DNA from: Fibrobacter sp. | GTDB lineage: Bacteria > Krumholzibacteriota > Krumholzibacteriia > LZORAL124-64-63 | Length of the DNA: 37,353 nucleotides | Direction: 5' to 3' | Assembly: GCA_020718045.1 (NCBI GenBank) | Contig: DYDD01000005.1 | Span: forward strand, 1-37,353 | Part shown: positions 1 to 9,600 of the stretch, piece by piece | How positions within the stretch are numbered: the stretch's first letter is position 1 | Layout: each line of letters begins with the position of its first letter | Notes under the pieces: model-generated | The model's input: only the letters and a program-made list of their open reading frames with translations | Database searches by the model: none | What the model was told of the DNA's origin: nothing | Made by a program: the position numbers and the translations under genes

Positions 1-41
1 GGCGATGCGGCGGAACAACGGCATGGCGGAACCATAGCCGC

Positions 42-842
42 TCACCCCGCCGCGTGCAACAAGTCGCCCATGCCGTAGCGCCGGATCTTCTTGTAGAGGC
101 CTTGGCGCGAAAGGCCGAGCCGGCGGGCGGCCGTCGATTTGCGACCGTCGCAGGCGCAGATCGCCTTGCGGATGAGGTAGCGTTCGAGCAGTTCGGTCGC
201 CTCGTCCATGGGCCGCAGCGTCGCGAGGTCGGACGGATCGACGGAACGGCCGGCGGCCTGGCGCAGCTCGGCCGACAGCTGGTCCAGCTCGATCACCTCC
301 GCACCGGGGTGCAGGGCCAGCCAGCGCTGCGCCTCGTTCTCCAGCTCGCGCACGTTGCCGGGCCAGCGGTAGGCCTGCAGGGCGGCCAGAGCGTCGGGCG
401 CCACCGACAGGCGCGTCGGATCGGCGCCGCGACGCTGCAGCAGGTGGGCCAGCAGGTGGGCGACGTCCTCGGGGCGATGGCGCAGCGGCGGGATCGCGAT
501 CTGCACCACCTTCAGCCGGAAGTAGAGGTCCAGGCGGAACCGCCCCGCCTCGATCTCCCCGGCGAGGTCCTTGTGGCTAGCGGCGACGAAGCGCACGTCG
601 ACCGCGCGGCTGCGCAGCTCGCCGAGCCGCCGCAGCTTGCGTTCCTGCATCACGCGCAGGAGCTTCATCTGCAGGGCCAGCGGCATGTCGCCGATCTCGT
701 CCAGGAAGAAGGTGCCGCCGTCGGCCGCCTCAAGCAGGCCGCTCTTCTCCTTGCTCGCGCCGGTGAAGGCGCCGGCCTGGTGGCCGAACAGCTCGCTCTC
801 AAAGAGACCTTCCGGCAGTCCTGCACTTCCGGGGGCTTTCAA
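42..842 (-). pseudogene. Sigma-54-dependent transcriptional activator (bacterial enhancer-binding protein), 3' fragment lacking the sensor domain and Walker A
   Basis: The translation has ESELFGHQAGAFTGA (GAFTGA loop), GGTFFLDEIGDM (Walker B), WPGNVRELEN and a C-terminal Fis-type HTH (STAARRLGLSRQGLYKKIRRYG). No GxxGxGKE Walker A or N-terminal domain is present. The tracked start is a TTG, and the upstream in-frame codons are unrelated Pro/Arg/Ala-rich sequence. Confidence 0.8.
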
Positions 843-858
843 TGGCGGGCGGGCGGGT

Positions 859-1377
859 CTACCGGCTGCTGTCCTTGAGGCGATTGGCCCGGGCCTGGAC
901 CGCGTCCTTGGCCTCGTCCTTGGTCACCACCTCACCGGCGATCTCGATCTTTGCGGCCTTGGTGTCCGTGGTCAGCCCGCCGATCTCCTGGACCCAGCCG
1001 ATGGCGTTCATGGCCACGACGCCCGAGTCGACCAGGATGCCGATCAGGGGCCCGTCCAGGGGCTCGGCGTACCAGGGCAGGCGGATGCAGTCGTCCAGGA
1101 CCTGCTTCACGACCTCGCGCTTCTGGGGGTTGTTGAGGCTGATGCCGTCGAAGGTGATCATCTCGACCAGCAGGATCGAGCGCGACAGCACGGCCATGAT
1201 CAGCTCGCTGTTGTGGCGGATCTCCTGCCACGGGCCGCGGAAGGCGTCCTGGTCGTCGTTGAAGGGGTTGAAGTCGAAGTCCCGCTTGAGCGCCGCGATG
1301 GCCGTCAGCAGCTGCGCGTCCTCGAGCTTCTGCTCGATGTAGTTGGCGATCTGGGTCTTGTCGAACTGGATCTCCAT
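859..1377 (-). CDS. Hypothetical cytoplasmic protein (172 aa), last gene at the prophage end
   Basis: ATG at 1377 (MEIQFDKTQ...) is preceded by GAAAGGCAAGG. The ORF-track N-terminal extension is Arg/Gly/Pro junk. No TM segment and no motif I recognise. Confidence 0.6.
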   Translation of the reverse strand: MEIQFDKTQIANYIEQKLEDAQLLTAIAALKRDFDFNPFNDDQDAFRGPWQEIRHNSELIMAVLSRSILLVEMITFDGISLNNPQKREVVKQVLDDCIRLPWYAEPLDGPLIGILVDSGVVAMNAIGWVQEIGGLTTDTKAAKIEIAGEVVTKDEAKDAVQARANRLKDSSR

Positions 1378-1433
1378 GACCTTGCCTTTCACTCGGCCCT
1401 GCCGGAGAGGCCGGCTCCTGGCGGACGTGCCGC

Positions 1434-1856
1434 CTACTGCTTGGGAAGCGATGCGGTGGCCGCGGCGTCGACCTGCGCCTCGAGGCGGCGGCGGGCCCGG
1501 CCCTTTTGCCACTCGACCACGAACTGGGCCGCGTTCTTCAAGGTGGAAAAGCTGCCGATCGCCAGGGTGCCGAGGACTGCGCCCTTGGCCGCCATCTGGG
1601 GATCGGTCAGCGGGTGGCCCTGGATGTTGGCGATCACCGCGGAGACGTAGCCGGCGGCGAAGAACGCGGCCGTCGGGGCGGTAATCTTTTGGGCCGGGAG
1701 CTTACCGAGGAGCGCGTCGCTGGTGCCGGCGGCGCGGCCGAAGATGCCGGCCAGCAGCGCGGCCAGGATCGCGAGCAGGTCATACCAGCTCCACGGCATC
1801 AGGGTGGTTAGGGCCGAGGTGGCGGTGGTGGCGACGGCGGTCGAGTCAGGCGGCAC
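1434..1856 (-). CDS. Holin-like membrane protein (three predicted TM segments, charged C-terminus)
   Basis: GTG at 1856 is preceded by GGAGGTG with a 4-nt spacer and overlaps the endolysin 3' end by 11 nt. Hydrophobic segments are WYDLLAILAALLAGIF, AAFFAAGYVSAVIANI and AVLGTLAIGSF, followed by a KGRARRR tail. Confidence 0.55.
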   Translation of the reverse strand: MPPDSTAVATTATSALTTLMPWSWYDLLAILAALLAGIFGRAAGTSDALLGKLPAQKITAPTAAFFAAGYVSAVIANIQGHPLTDPQMAAKGAVLGTLAIGSFSTLKNAAQFVVEWQKGRARRRLEAQVDAAATASLPKQ

Positions 1857-2400
1857 GGAACACCTCCAGGTATTGCGGCAGCGCCGCGAGGTACTTGTCG
1901 ACGTAGGCCTGGTTCTTGTAGACGCCGGCGCCCGCCATCTCGGGGCTGCCTTGGTTGTAGGCGGAGACCGCGTCGAGGCCGCTGCCGTAGGGGAACCGGC
2001 CGAGCATCCAGGCGAGCTGCCGGCAGCCGTACTCGAGGCCCGGCTCGACCTCGAGCAGCTCGGTTAGGTACGGGCCACGGAAGCCCCGCTCCCGGGCGGC
2101 GGCGCCCATCACCTGCATGAGTCCCCAGCTGGATCGCTGGCCGCCCCACTCCTGGTCCGGGTCCCCGGCGAGACACCGAAAGTCCCGGGGCGGCGTGCCG
2201 CTCACGCGCTCGGCGGGGGTGAGCGCGCGAAACGGCTTGCCGGTGCGGACGTCGACCAGCCAGCGATAGGACGGCTCTGGGTTCCAGGCGCGGCGGTCGC
2301 CGCCGGACTCGATGTGGACGATGGCCGCGACCTGGGCAGCCGCCAGGTGGTGGCGGCTCGCGGCGGCGCGGATCGGGAGATGCAGGACGGCCGGGATCAT
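1846..2400 (-). CDS. Endolysin, SLT-type lytic transglycosylase
   Basis: Contains IVHIESGGD (candidate catalytic Glu), WGLMQVMG and AYNQG motifs. The ATG at 2400 forms an ATGA overlap with the upstream gene. Confidence 0.8.
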   Translation of the reverse strand: MIPAVLHLPIRAAASRHHLAAAQVAAIVHIESGGDRRAWNPEPSYRWLVDVRTGKPFRALTPAERVSGTPPRDFRCLAGDPDQEWGGQRSSWGLMQVMGAAARERGFRGPYLTELLEVEPGLEYGCRQLAWMLGRFPYGSGLDAVSAYNQGSPEMAGAGVYKNQAYVDKYLAALPQYLEVFRAA

Positions 2401-2822
2401 GGGCGAACGTCCCGAGCCAGGGGGCACGGCCGCCGCGAAAGCGCCTGCGCCGTTGCGTTGGTTTCGGCCGTGCGAGCGTCGATCTTGTCGAGGACTGCGA
2501 CGGCGCGCGCCAGGGCGCCGGCGGTGGCGTTGGCAAGCTCGATCTGCTTCTCGTCGCTCCGACCCAGAGATGCTGGCACGTAGACGCGCGGGCGGCCATC
2601 GGCGTCCTTCGCGTTTAAGACGTCGATCACCTTGGCAACGTCGGTGTCGGCCCAGGTGCAGGTGCGTTTTCCGATCTTGGACGGCAGCACCCGCCCGATC
2701 AGGCCGTCGATCACGCGCACCAGAGCGTAGGCGAGGCCGATCAGGCCCATGGTCTCGGCGGCGGACGACCCGCTGGGGGTCAACTGCTGGACGGCGGCGG
2801 CGGCCTGGGCAAGGAAAGTCAT
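2397..2822 (-). CDS. Membrane-anchored lysis-module protein (holin/antiholin or i-spanin candidate)
   Basis: Single TM (MGLIGLAYALVRVIDGLIG) followed by a soluble Ala-rich helical region. AGGAGG RBS before the ATG at 2822. Sits directly upstream of the endolysin. Confidence 0.4.
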   Translation of the reverse strand: MTFLAQAAAAVQQLTPSGSSAAETMGLIGLAYALVRVIDGLIGRVLPSKIGKRTCTWADTDVAKVIDVLNAKDADGRPRVYVPASLGRSDEKQIELANATAGALARAVAVLDKIDARTAETNATAQALSRRPCPLARDVRP

Positions 2823-2862
2823 CGGGCCTCCTGGTAGTTACTGTAGAACGCCAGCATGCGGA

Positions 2863-4932
2863 TCACGGGGCCACCGTTACAACTAGGTATGGGCGCGACA
2901 GAGCGTTGGCGGTGTGGCAGTAAGCCAGGTTTATCTCTTCACCTCCCGCCCGTCCCCACCAACAAAACCCGGCGGCGTAGAGGTTATTATCGACAACGTA
3001 TCGGATGTATTCCGTAACGTCGGTCGTGATCCAGTGCGTGGTGTTTGCGCCTTCGAGGACGTAGTCGCCGTAAACGAAGTCCCCAAAGTCGTGGGGGTGG
3101 GCATAGGTTGTGAGGTTCACGGACCACGGAGTGTCGGCGCTTTCGTCGCTGTCGTTCAGGCTGGTGTCGCTTTCATCCATGCCCTCGAACAGGACAGGAT
3201 TTGTGACTCCAATCACCGAGAAGTAGAAAAGCTCCTGGGTGCCGCCGGTGGCGTCCTCCGCATTGCCGGAGAGATTCATATAGCACGTCAGGTTGGCGCT
3301 GATGATTTTGTCCGGGTCGATGGCGTCGATCTCGTCTACGTTAAATGCCTGCCAACCCATACTCTCGGTGCCAGACAGCGGCAGCAGAAGATATCTGCTG
3401 CGAACGAACGCCGCATTGCCATACACCGAATCTGGGTACTGATACAGGAACGTTCCCTTGGTCATGCCGTCTGTGTACGAATGGTCGTAGGTGGCCGTGT
3501 TCACGGCGGTCGTGGAATTGCTGAAGATGTAGGTTTCAGCCGCAGCGATTTGCCCGGCAGTGAACGTCGGCAGCGGCGGCCCCCACACAATGGAATCGGT
3601 GGCAGCGATACCCCTGGCCTGCGCGTAGGGCATCCACGGGGCAGCGGCACGCGGAGTGTGGTGCGTTTTATACCACGCGGCCATCTCGGAGTGAGTCGTG
3701 ATCCAGATATCCCCCTGAGCGCGTGCGGCGACGATGAGATTTTCAACATCTTCTCGCGTGACACTATTTCCATGGATCACAATGGAAATTGGCGCAAATC
3801 CGTTCCTGGCTGACTGATTGCAGTACCTGCGAAGTCGCAGGGCGATCGTATCGCGAGCGGCTTCATTGGGGGTGGCAACAGGGCCAGTTCCAGTTCCGAA
3901 GATCGCGGACACGGGGGTGGTCGAGTCCTCGCCCTTCCAGCTTGAATAGCCGAACAACGTACCTGGCTTGTACCAGCTGAGCGGCCTTCCCAGGTCCCAC
4001 GCCCTATTGCCGGGTGCAGAATCGCTGAACCCACGAACCCCGTCATTGCCGTCCCAATAGCCGCCACGTGCGTTTGTGTAGCCGAGAGAGTCGAGAATGG
4101 CCGCAGCGCGCCAGCTGAAATAATGCAGGTCAATCGCCTGCGACAGGACAAGATCGCCCGAGATAGCCTCGATCGCTGTCTGGTCGTAATAAGCGGCGAT
4201 CTTCGCGGTAACACCCGCGGCCCTCGTAAACGACGCCACTCCGAACGGGCGGTGGTGATTTCCTGTGTATGCGACTTCGACCCCGCGAGAGGCTACTGTA
4301 GCAAGATCCGCGGAAGTCATCATACCGGGAGCGCCGATTCCGTCAGAAGAATCCTCAAGCGACGGAGAAAGCGTGTAGGTGAAGCCCATAGATTCTGCGG
4401 CCGCAGACCATCCGAGGTTCGACGGGTGGCCATCGTCGGCCGACAGCATTAAGCAGAACGTCTTGCCGTCCTTCCACACGGGATGCTCGATCAGATAGCC
4501 GCGCTCCATTTCGTAGAGAATCTCCGTAGAGTCGCCAGCTGTGGTGATCGTCACGTGCACGTACAGGGAGTCACCAGTATGCAGCTCGCGTGCGGCAATC
4601 AGCTTGCTGGCGCTGTGCGAGGCCGACGAGCCTGCAAAGTAGTCGGTGAACGTCAGCGCGAGGTCGGAGAACCCGGCCGCCTCACCGGCCACGCCGGGAA
4701 GGTGCCGATACTGCACGGCCATCAGATGATCGAACGGCAGCTTCGACTTTCCCACCACCGTGAAGCTGGTGCCGTCGACCGCCCCGGTCTCCACAATCGC
4801 TCCGCTCAGCGTCGTTCCCGTCCCACCCGATCCGCCACCGTAGGTCGCCGGCCGGTACGTTCCCCAGCCCCCGAGGACCAGCGCCGCGGCCGCCGCGGCC
4901 ACCAGGTAAGCCAGTCGTCTGTCCATGCGCAT
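2863..4932 (-). CDS. Secreted/anchored polysaccharide-deacetylase-like (NodB/CE4-like) protein with a C-terminal carbohydrate-binding-like domain; low-GC cargo gene
   Basis: N-terminal signal/anchor MRMDRRLAYLVAAAAAALVLGGW. CLMLSADDGHPSN resembles the CE4 DD motif, and GNHHRP and IVIHGNS are His motifs. The C-terminal part (ISANLTCYMNLSGN ... HWITTDVTEYIRYVV) resembles DNRLRE/CBM96-type modules. Sampled lines at 3001-3360 are 52-57 percent GC, against about 67 percent for the backbone. Confidence 0.5.
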   Translation of the reverse strand: MRMDRRLAYLVAAAAAALVLGGWGTYRPATYGGGSGGTGTTLSGAIVETGAVDGTSFTVVGKSKLPFDHLMAVQYRHLPGVAGEAAGFSDLALTFTDYFAGSSASHSASKLIAARELHTGDSLYVHVTITTAGDSTEILYEMERGYLIEHPVWKDGKTFCLMLSADDGHPSNLGWSAAAESMGFTYTLSPSLEDSSDGIGAPGMMTSADLATVASRGVEVAYTGNHHRPFGVASFTRAAGVTAKIAAYYDQTAIEAISGDLVLSQAIDLHYFSWRAAAILDSLGYTNARGGYWDGNDGVRGFSDSAPGNRAWDLGRPLSWYKPGTLFGYSSWKGEDSTTPVSAIFGTGTGPVATPNEAARDTIALRLRRYCNQSARNGFAPISIVIHGNSVTREDVENLIVAARAQGDIWITTHSEMAAWYKTHHTPRAAAPWMPYAQARGIAATDSIVWGPPLPTFTAGQIAAAETYIFSNSTTAVNTATYDHSYTDGMTKGTFLYQYPDSVYGNAAFVRSRYLLLPLSGTESMGWQAFNVDEIDAIDPDKIISANLTCYMNLSGNAEDATGGTQELFYFSVIGVTNPVLFEGMDESDTSLNDSDESADTPWSVNLTTYAHPHDFGDFVYGDYVLEGANTTHWITTDVTEYIRYVVDNNLYAAGFCWWGRAGGEEINLAYCHTANALSRPYLVVTVAP

Positions 4933-4973
4933 CTTCTGCCACCTTTCGTCCTACGCCTCGGGGGCGCCGATGA

Positions 4974-5366
4974 TCAGTTGTGGGGCGTGACCACGATCTC
5001 GGTCGCGGTCATTTCGGTCACCTGGATCAGGTCCACGTTCGAGAGGTTCGGCACCGGGTTGCGCGCCCCCATCCAGTCCCGCAGCTTGAACGGGCCCCAT
5101 TTCCTCGCGATCGTGCTGTCGTCCGCCACGGCGTACAGGTAGAAGGTGGCGTCGCCGTTGGCGATCACGTCGACGGCAGAGACGCCGCCCCCGTCGCCCA
5201 TGAACCGGATGTCTCCGGCGGCCGTCATGATCGAGTCGGCGTAGAGCTTGCCCCAGGGGGTCGCCGCGGGAGCGTCGTCGCCGACGGCGTAGGGATCGGC
5301 CGCCAGGGCGACGATCGCCATCAGAGCCAGCAAGGCGGTGAGCAGGATCATCAGGGACTTGCGCAT
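4974..5366 (-). CDS. Small secreted protein (Sec signal peptide)
   Basis: MRKSLMILLTALLALMAIVALA/ADP is a signal peptide with an AxA site. The start lies 3 nt after the stop of the preceding gene. Confidence 0.6.
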   Translation of the reverse strand: MRKSLMILLTALLALMAIVALAADPYAVGDDAPAATPWGKLYADSIMTAAGDIRFMGDGGGVSAVDVIANGDATFYLYAVADDSTIARKWGPFKLRDWMGARNPVPNLSNVDLIQVTEMTATEIVVTPHN

Positions 5367-5368
5367 GG

Positions 5369-5713
5369 TCAGGCCTCCTCGGGCGTGGGGTACTCGTTCT
5401 TGATCTGGGTGCGGATCACCTGCATGGCGTCAGCGGTGGCGGTGTAAGATTCCATGGTTTTCTGCCAAAGCGCCTCGATCATGGCGCTCGGGGTCAGGCC
5501 CTGGCTGGCGTAGGCGACGGCGCGCTCTTCGAGGTAGGCGGTCGCGGCGAGCTGCGCTTCGACCACCAGGATCTCGGCCTCGATGTCCACGTCAGCGGGC
5601 TGGGTCAGCACTCCGTCCAGCCAGGTGATGCCGGCCAGGGTGTCGCCGACCAGGGTGTACTCGGCCCCAGGGCGCAGGCTGGCCAGGGCCAGTGCGATTG
5701 AGTGGTTGGTCAC
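5369..5713 (-). CDS. XkdW-like small protein downstream of the fibre gene (possible fibre assembly factor)
   Basis: GTG at 5713 forms a GTGA overlap with the fibre stop. ALASLRPGAEYTLVGDTLAGITWLDGVLTQP resembles the XkdW N-terminal pattern. Confidence 0.45.
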   Translation of the reverse strand: MTNHSIALALASLRPGAEYTLVGDTLAGITWLDGVLTQPADVDIEAEILVVEAQLAATAYLEERAVAYASQGLTPSAMIEALWQKTMESYTATADAMQVIRTQIKNEYPTPEEA

Positions 5714-6699
5714 TGGGCTACCTCCACGATGGTCAGAGTCGAGACGCCACGCTCCACTGTGTTCGTGTCGAGATCGGACACCCTGCGGTTGATGTACAAC
5801 GGATACCCGGAGTCGCGACACCTCGCCGCCACGCTAATCGTCTGAGCTGTGGCCGCCGGCGCGGCGAGCATGACGGTCTTCGAGATGATCGACGGCCTGA
5901 CATAGGCAAGATCGACGGCGATCACGTGCCCGTGGGCGGAGACTCGGTTGGTCCCCGGAGATGCCGGAGCCATGATCATCGTGGACCCATTGCGGATCTG
6001 CCACCAGGCGTCGGAGTAGCACGCGGCGTGGATCGAGGCCGTGATGAGCAGCAGGTTTCCGGTCTTCTTCGGGGTGTAGGACGCAGAGATAACCGTTTCC
6101 CACGTCGAGGAGTTGGTCATCGTGGAGATCGCGTCCACAACGGTGCACGAGGCACCGACCACCCCGGCCACCGGCTGCTCTGACCCGTTCGGGAAGGTCA
6201 ACTTCCCGCCGCGCATCTTCACGCCGCCGTAGACGTCGAGCTTGTCGGTGGAGACAGCCGTCCCCTTGCCGATCTCGATCAGGCCGGTGGTGCGGTTGAT
6301 GGTCAGGCCGAGGGACTCGGCGAGGGTCCCCATCACCGTGGGCCCGATCCGCAGCCGCGCTCCGCTGGCGTCGTCGTCGGGGTCCAACAGCCAGTTGGCG
6401 CCGGCCACGCCCAGGCTCGCGGGCTCTACGGCCGAAAGCGTGCCGAGGATCGAGAGGTTGTCCGGCACCGTATCGCTCGCGGTGATTGACAGCGGCAGGG
6501 TGATCCACGCGCTGTTGGCCGCGTTGCGGATTTTGATGCGGTTGGCCGTGGTATCGGCCCACATCATGAAGGCGTAGGTGGTCGACGGGGCCGTGGGCCC
6601 CGAGTTCTGCGAAGCGAGCGCCAGCAGAATCAGGTTCAGGTCGGCCCGTACGGCGCCGCCGCCGGCGTTCTCGACGTTGATGGACGGTACCTGGCTCAC
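5710..6699 (-). CDS. Tail fibre protein
   Basis: The conserved fibre N-terminus NLILLALASQNSGPTAPSTTYAFMMWADTTANRIKIRNAANSAWI is followed by a Gly/Thr/Ser-rich beta region. GTGA overlap with the J-like gene. Confidence 0.7.
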   Translation of the reverse strand: MSQVPSINVENAGGGAVRADLNLILLALASQNSGPTAPSTTYAFMMWADTTANRIKIRNAANSAWITLPLSITASDTVPDNLSILGTLSAVEPASLGVAGANWLLDPDDDASGARLRIGPTVMGTLAESLGLTINRTTGLIEIGKGTAVSTDKLDVYGGVKMRGGKLTFPNGSEQPVAGVVGASCTVVDAISTMTNSSTWETVISASYTPKKTGNLLLITASIHAACYSDAWWQIRNGSTMIMAPASPGTNRVSAHGHVIAVDLAYVRPSIISKTVMLAAPAATAQTISVAARCRDSGYPLYINRRVSDLDTNTVERGVSTLTIVEVAQ

Positions 6700-9600
6700 A
6701 CGACCTCCTCGGCGGTGACGGTCAACTCGGTCACCGCGACGTTGTAGGCGGGCCCAGAGCTTCGCAGGACCACGCGGAATCGGAACTGCTGACCGTAGAC
6801 GTCGGCAGCCACCAGGCGCTGGTAGTCGCCCCAGGTGCTGGTGCCGCCGTCGTAGATGCTGACCCAGACCTCGGCTGAGGCCGCCTCACCCACCGCACCG
6901 TCGAAATCTTTCCACTCGTCGATCAGGCCGGTGCGGTCGTCGACGTCGTCCTGGGCGTTGTAGGCGGCCATCTGCAGGTCCACGAGCAGGCGGACCCTGG
7001 CGGCCGCGGCCAGCGTCAGGTAGGTGGTCGCCGACCAGGTGCCGACCGTGGCGCCCACAACGCCGCCGGATTCGACCAGGCGCAGGAACCCGCTGCTGAC
7101 CTCGGTGTCGGCGTGGGTCCCGGTCCAGGCGGTGGCCGCGGACCAGGTGCCGACCTGAACCATCTCCCACAGACCGGCGTCGTCGATCACGACCGAGGCG
7201 GGTGTAGGCGAGGCGACCCCCGAGGAGTCGATCGCCTTCAGGAAGTAGGTGCCGGGCAGCGCCGGCACGACGACCTGGGTGGCGGTGCCGGCGATCGCGA
7301 TGCCGACCTCCATCCCGTTGTCCCAGGTGGGCGAGGTGACCGACAGGGGCGCGTGGCGCAAGCGGAAGCTGCCGCCGATACGGACATCCAGATCGACGGC
7401 CGGTTCCCAGGTCAGCACAGCCAGGCCGCTGATCGGCACGACGCTGAACCCGGACGGGGTGGCCGGAGGGTCGAGCAGGCCCTGGACTTCGATCACGCAG
7501 ATGGGGCTCGGCTGGCTGCGCACCCCGAGGCTATTGACGGCCACGACCCGGAACAGCCAGGTGCCCGGCGCGGCGTCCATGATCGTGGCCTCAGCCCCGG
7601 CCGTGCGCTCGACCAACTGCCAGCCGTCCAGCAGATCCGGGCCCTTGGCCTCGAGCTGGTACTCGGTCACGTAGGCGTCGTCAGACGGAGCCCAGGAGAC
7701 GCGCAACAGGACCTTGACCCCGGCGCCGTCGCGGGTCGAGTACAGCTCCTCGTAGGCGGTGGGCTGGCCGGGGGTGCCAACGACGGTCGGGCTCGGCAGG
7801 GTGGAGTTCGGGGCCGGGTCGTAGACCGGGATCGTGCCCCAGTCGTAGACCTCGTCCGCGTACTCGCTGAGCGTCAGGGTCAGCTCGCCGCGGGTGGCGG
7901 ACAGGCCGTTCAGCAGGCGGAACTTCTTCACCGCCCAGCCCGGGCGCGGGTGGGTGATCGTGCAGACGTCACCGGGGATGACGTTGCCGGCCTTCGGCAG
8001 GGCAGGCAGCTGGACCACCATCCCCTGGCGTGAGGCGTTCAGGGCGATGGCGGCGTGGCGGTAGGCCTCGGGCGCGTTGTTGGTCATCTCGAGCTGGATC
8101 TCCTGCTCGAGGACCAGGCCGCGGTCGAGCTCCCGCAGCCCGGGGCTGTCGGCCACCGCGTAGTCCGACCGCCAGTCCAGGGCCGGATTGAAGAACTGGG
8201 CCCGCACCCGGTTGGCCATCGTGGACTTGTCGCCCATGGTGATGACCCAGCCGCCGGCGCGGGCGATGTTGCCGACGTCCAGGGCGAAGGTCGCCGCGGC
8301 CGGGGCGTCCAGGATCAGCTTGTAGAGGCCCGAGACGTTGATCAGCCAGCCGCGGCACGAGGGCAGCAGGCGGCGGATGTTGTCCAGGGCCGAGACGTCG
8401 GTCGAGAGCGCCCCGTTGCAGGTCCACCGCGCGACGTCGTTGCCCTGGCCATCGTCCACCAGCTGCTCGCAGTAGTTGGCGGCGGCGATGAAAGACGCTT
8501 CGTCGACTTCAGTAGTCGGGGCGCCGCGGCCGTACCGGACGTTGGTCAGGTAGTCGCGGATCACCAGGGCCGGGTTATCCGACCAGACGGAGAGCCCGGT
8601 GCGGGGGTCGTAGAGCTTGCGGCCCCTGATGTTCCAGGTAGCCGTCGGGATGCCGCGCGGGAAGGCGTTGGTGTCGTAGGTGTAGCGGACGTAGGCGTAA
8701 GCCACCCCGGCCAGGCGGTGGTCCGCCGTCCAGCGCGGGGAGTTTGCGATCAGCGCCGAGTCGGCCGTCTGCGCGTCGCCGCCGGTGTGGCGGTGACAGG
8801 CAACCAGGCCGCCATACTGGGTCGCGCCGGCGGACATGATCTCCAGGGTGACGGTCAGATTGAAGTCGTACTGTATGTGCTTCGGGCGCACGTCGATCAG
8901 CAGGATCAGCTCGTAGCCGTTGGCCTCGGTCGGGTACTGTTCGATGTCCCAGCAACTGCCGAAGCGCGGGTCGAGGCCGGTGCCGCGACGGTCGATATCC
9001 CCGGAGACCTCGACGTTGATCTGCGGCGCCTCGGGCAGCGACCAGTCGTCGAGGTCGTAGGTGGTGACCGACGCGCTGTAAAGCAGCGGGGCATCGCCGT
9101 CGACGGGGCCTGGGCCGGTGACCTCCATGTCCCCGGCGAACGCATCAGCGAAGACCACCAGGTCCTCCCAGGACTCCGTGCTCAGGCTGTCGGTGTGGGC
9201 GGTGGATTCGGCGACCTTCAGGCGGACGCGGATGTACTGGGTGATGGTGCCAGAAAGCGTCAGGACGTTGTGGATCTCGGGCTCGGTGGCCTCGACGCCC
9301 TCGGGCACCAGCTCGTTGTTCAGGTACATCGAGCCGATCGCGTCGACCTCGCCCTCGCAGATCGCGTAGACCACGTCCAGGTAGCGGTTATCCGACCCGT
9401 TGACCTCGGCAAACACGATCGTGCCGCCCATGCGCCGCTCCCCGTAGACGACGGGCAGCGCGGCGGTGTTGCTCGGCTCGTTGGTCAGCCAGACGTCGGG
9501 CTGGTCGAGCGGGCTGGAGACAGGCTTGTAGCCGAGGTCGAAGACCTGAGATCCGAGCGCCGCCACCCCGTAGGCCGCGATGCCGCCCAGGACCGCGCCG

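Noticed and set aside
54-1650. Long plus-strand ORFs (54-878, 571-1650, 842-1342) antisense to the activator fragment and the first phage gene
   Set aside because: Their translations are Arg/Ala/Gly/Pro-rich low-complexity sequence, typical of off-frame ORFs in high-GC DNA. The opposite strand carries recognisable motifs and proper ribosome-binding sites.
2914-3813. 299-aa plus-strand ORF inside the low-GC deacetylase-like gene
   Set aside because: It has no RBS and no recognisable motif, and it is fully antisense to a 689-aa ORF that has a signal peptide and domain motifs. Chance ORF.
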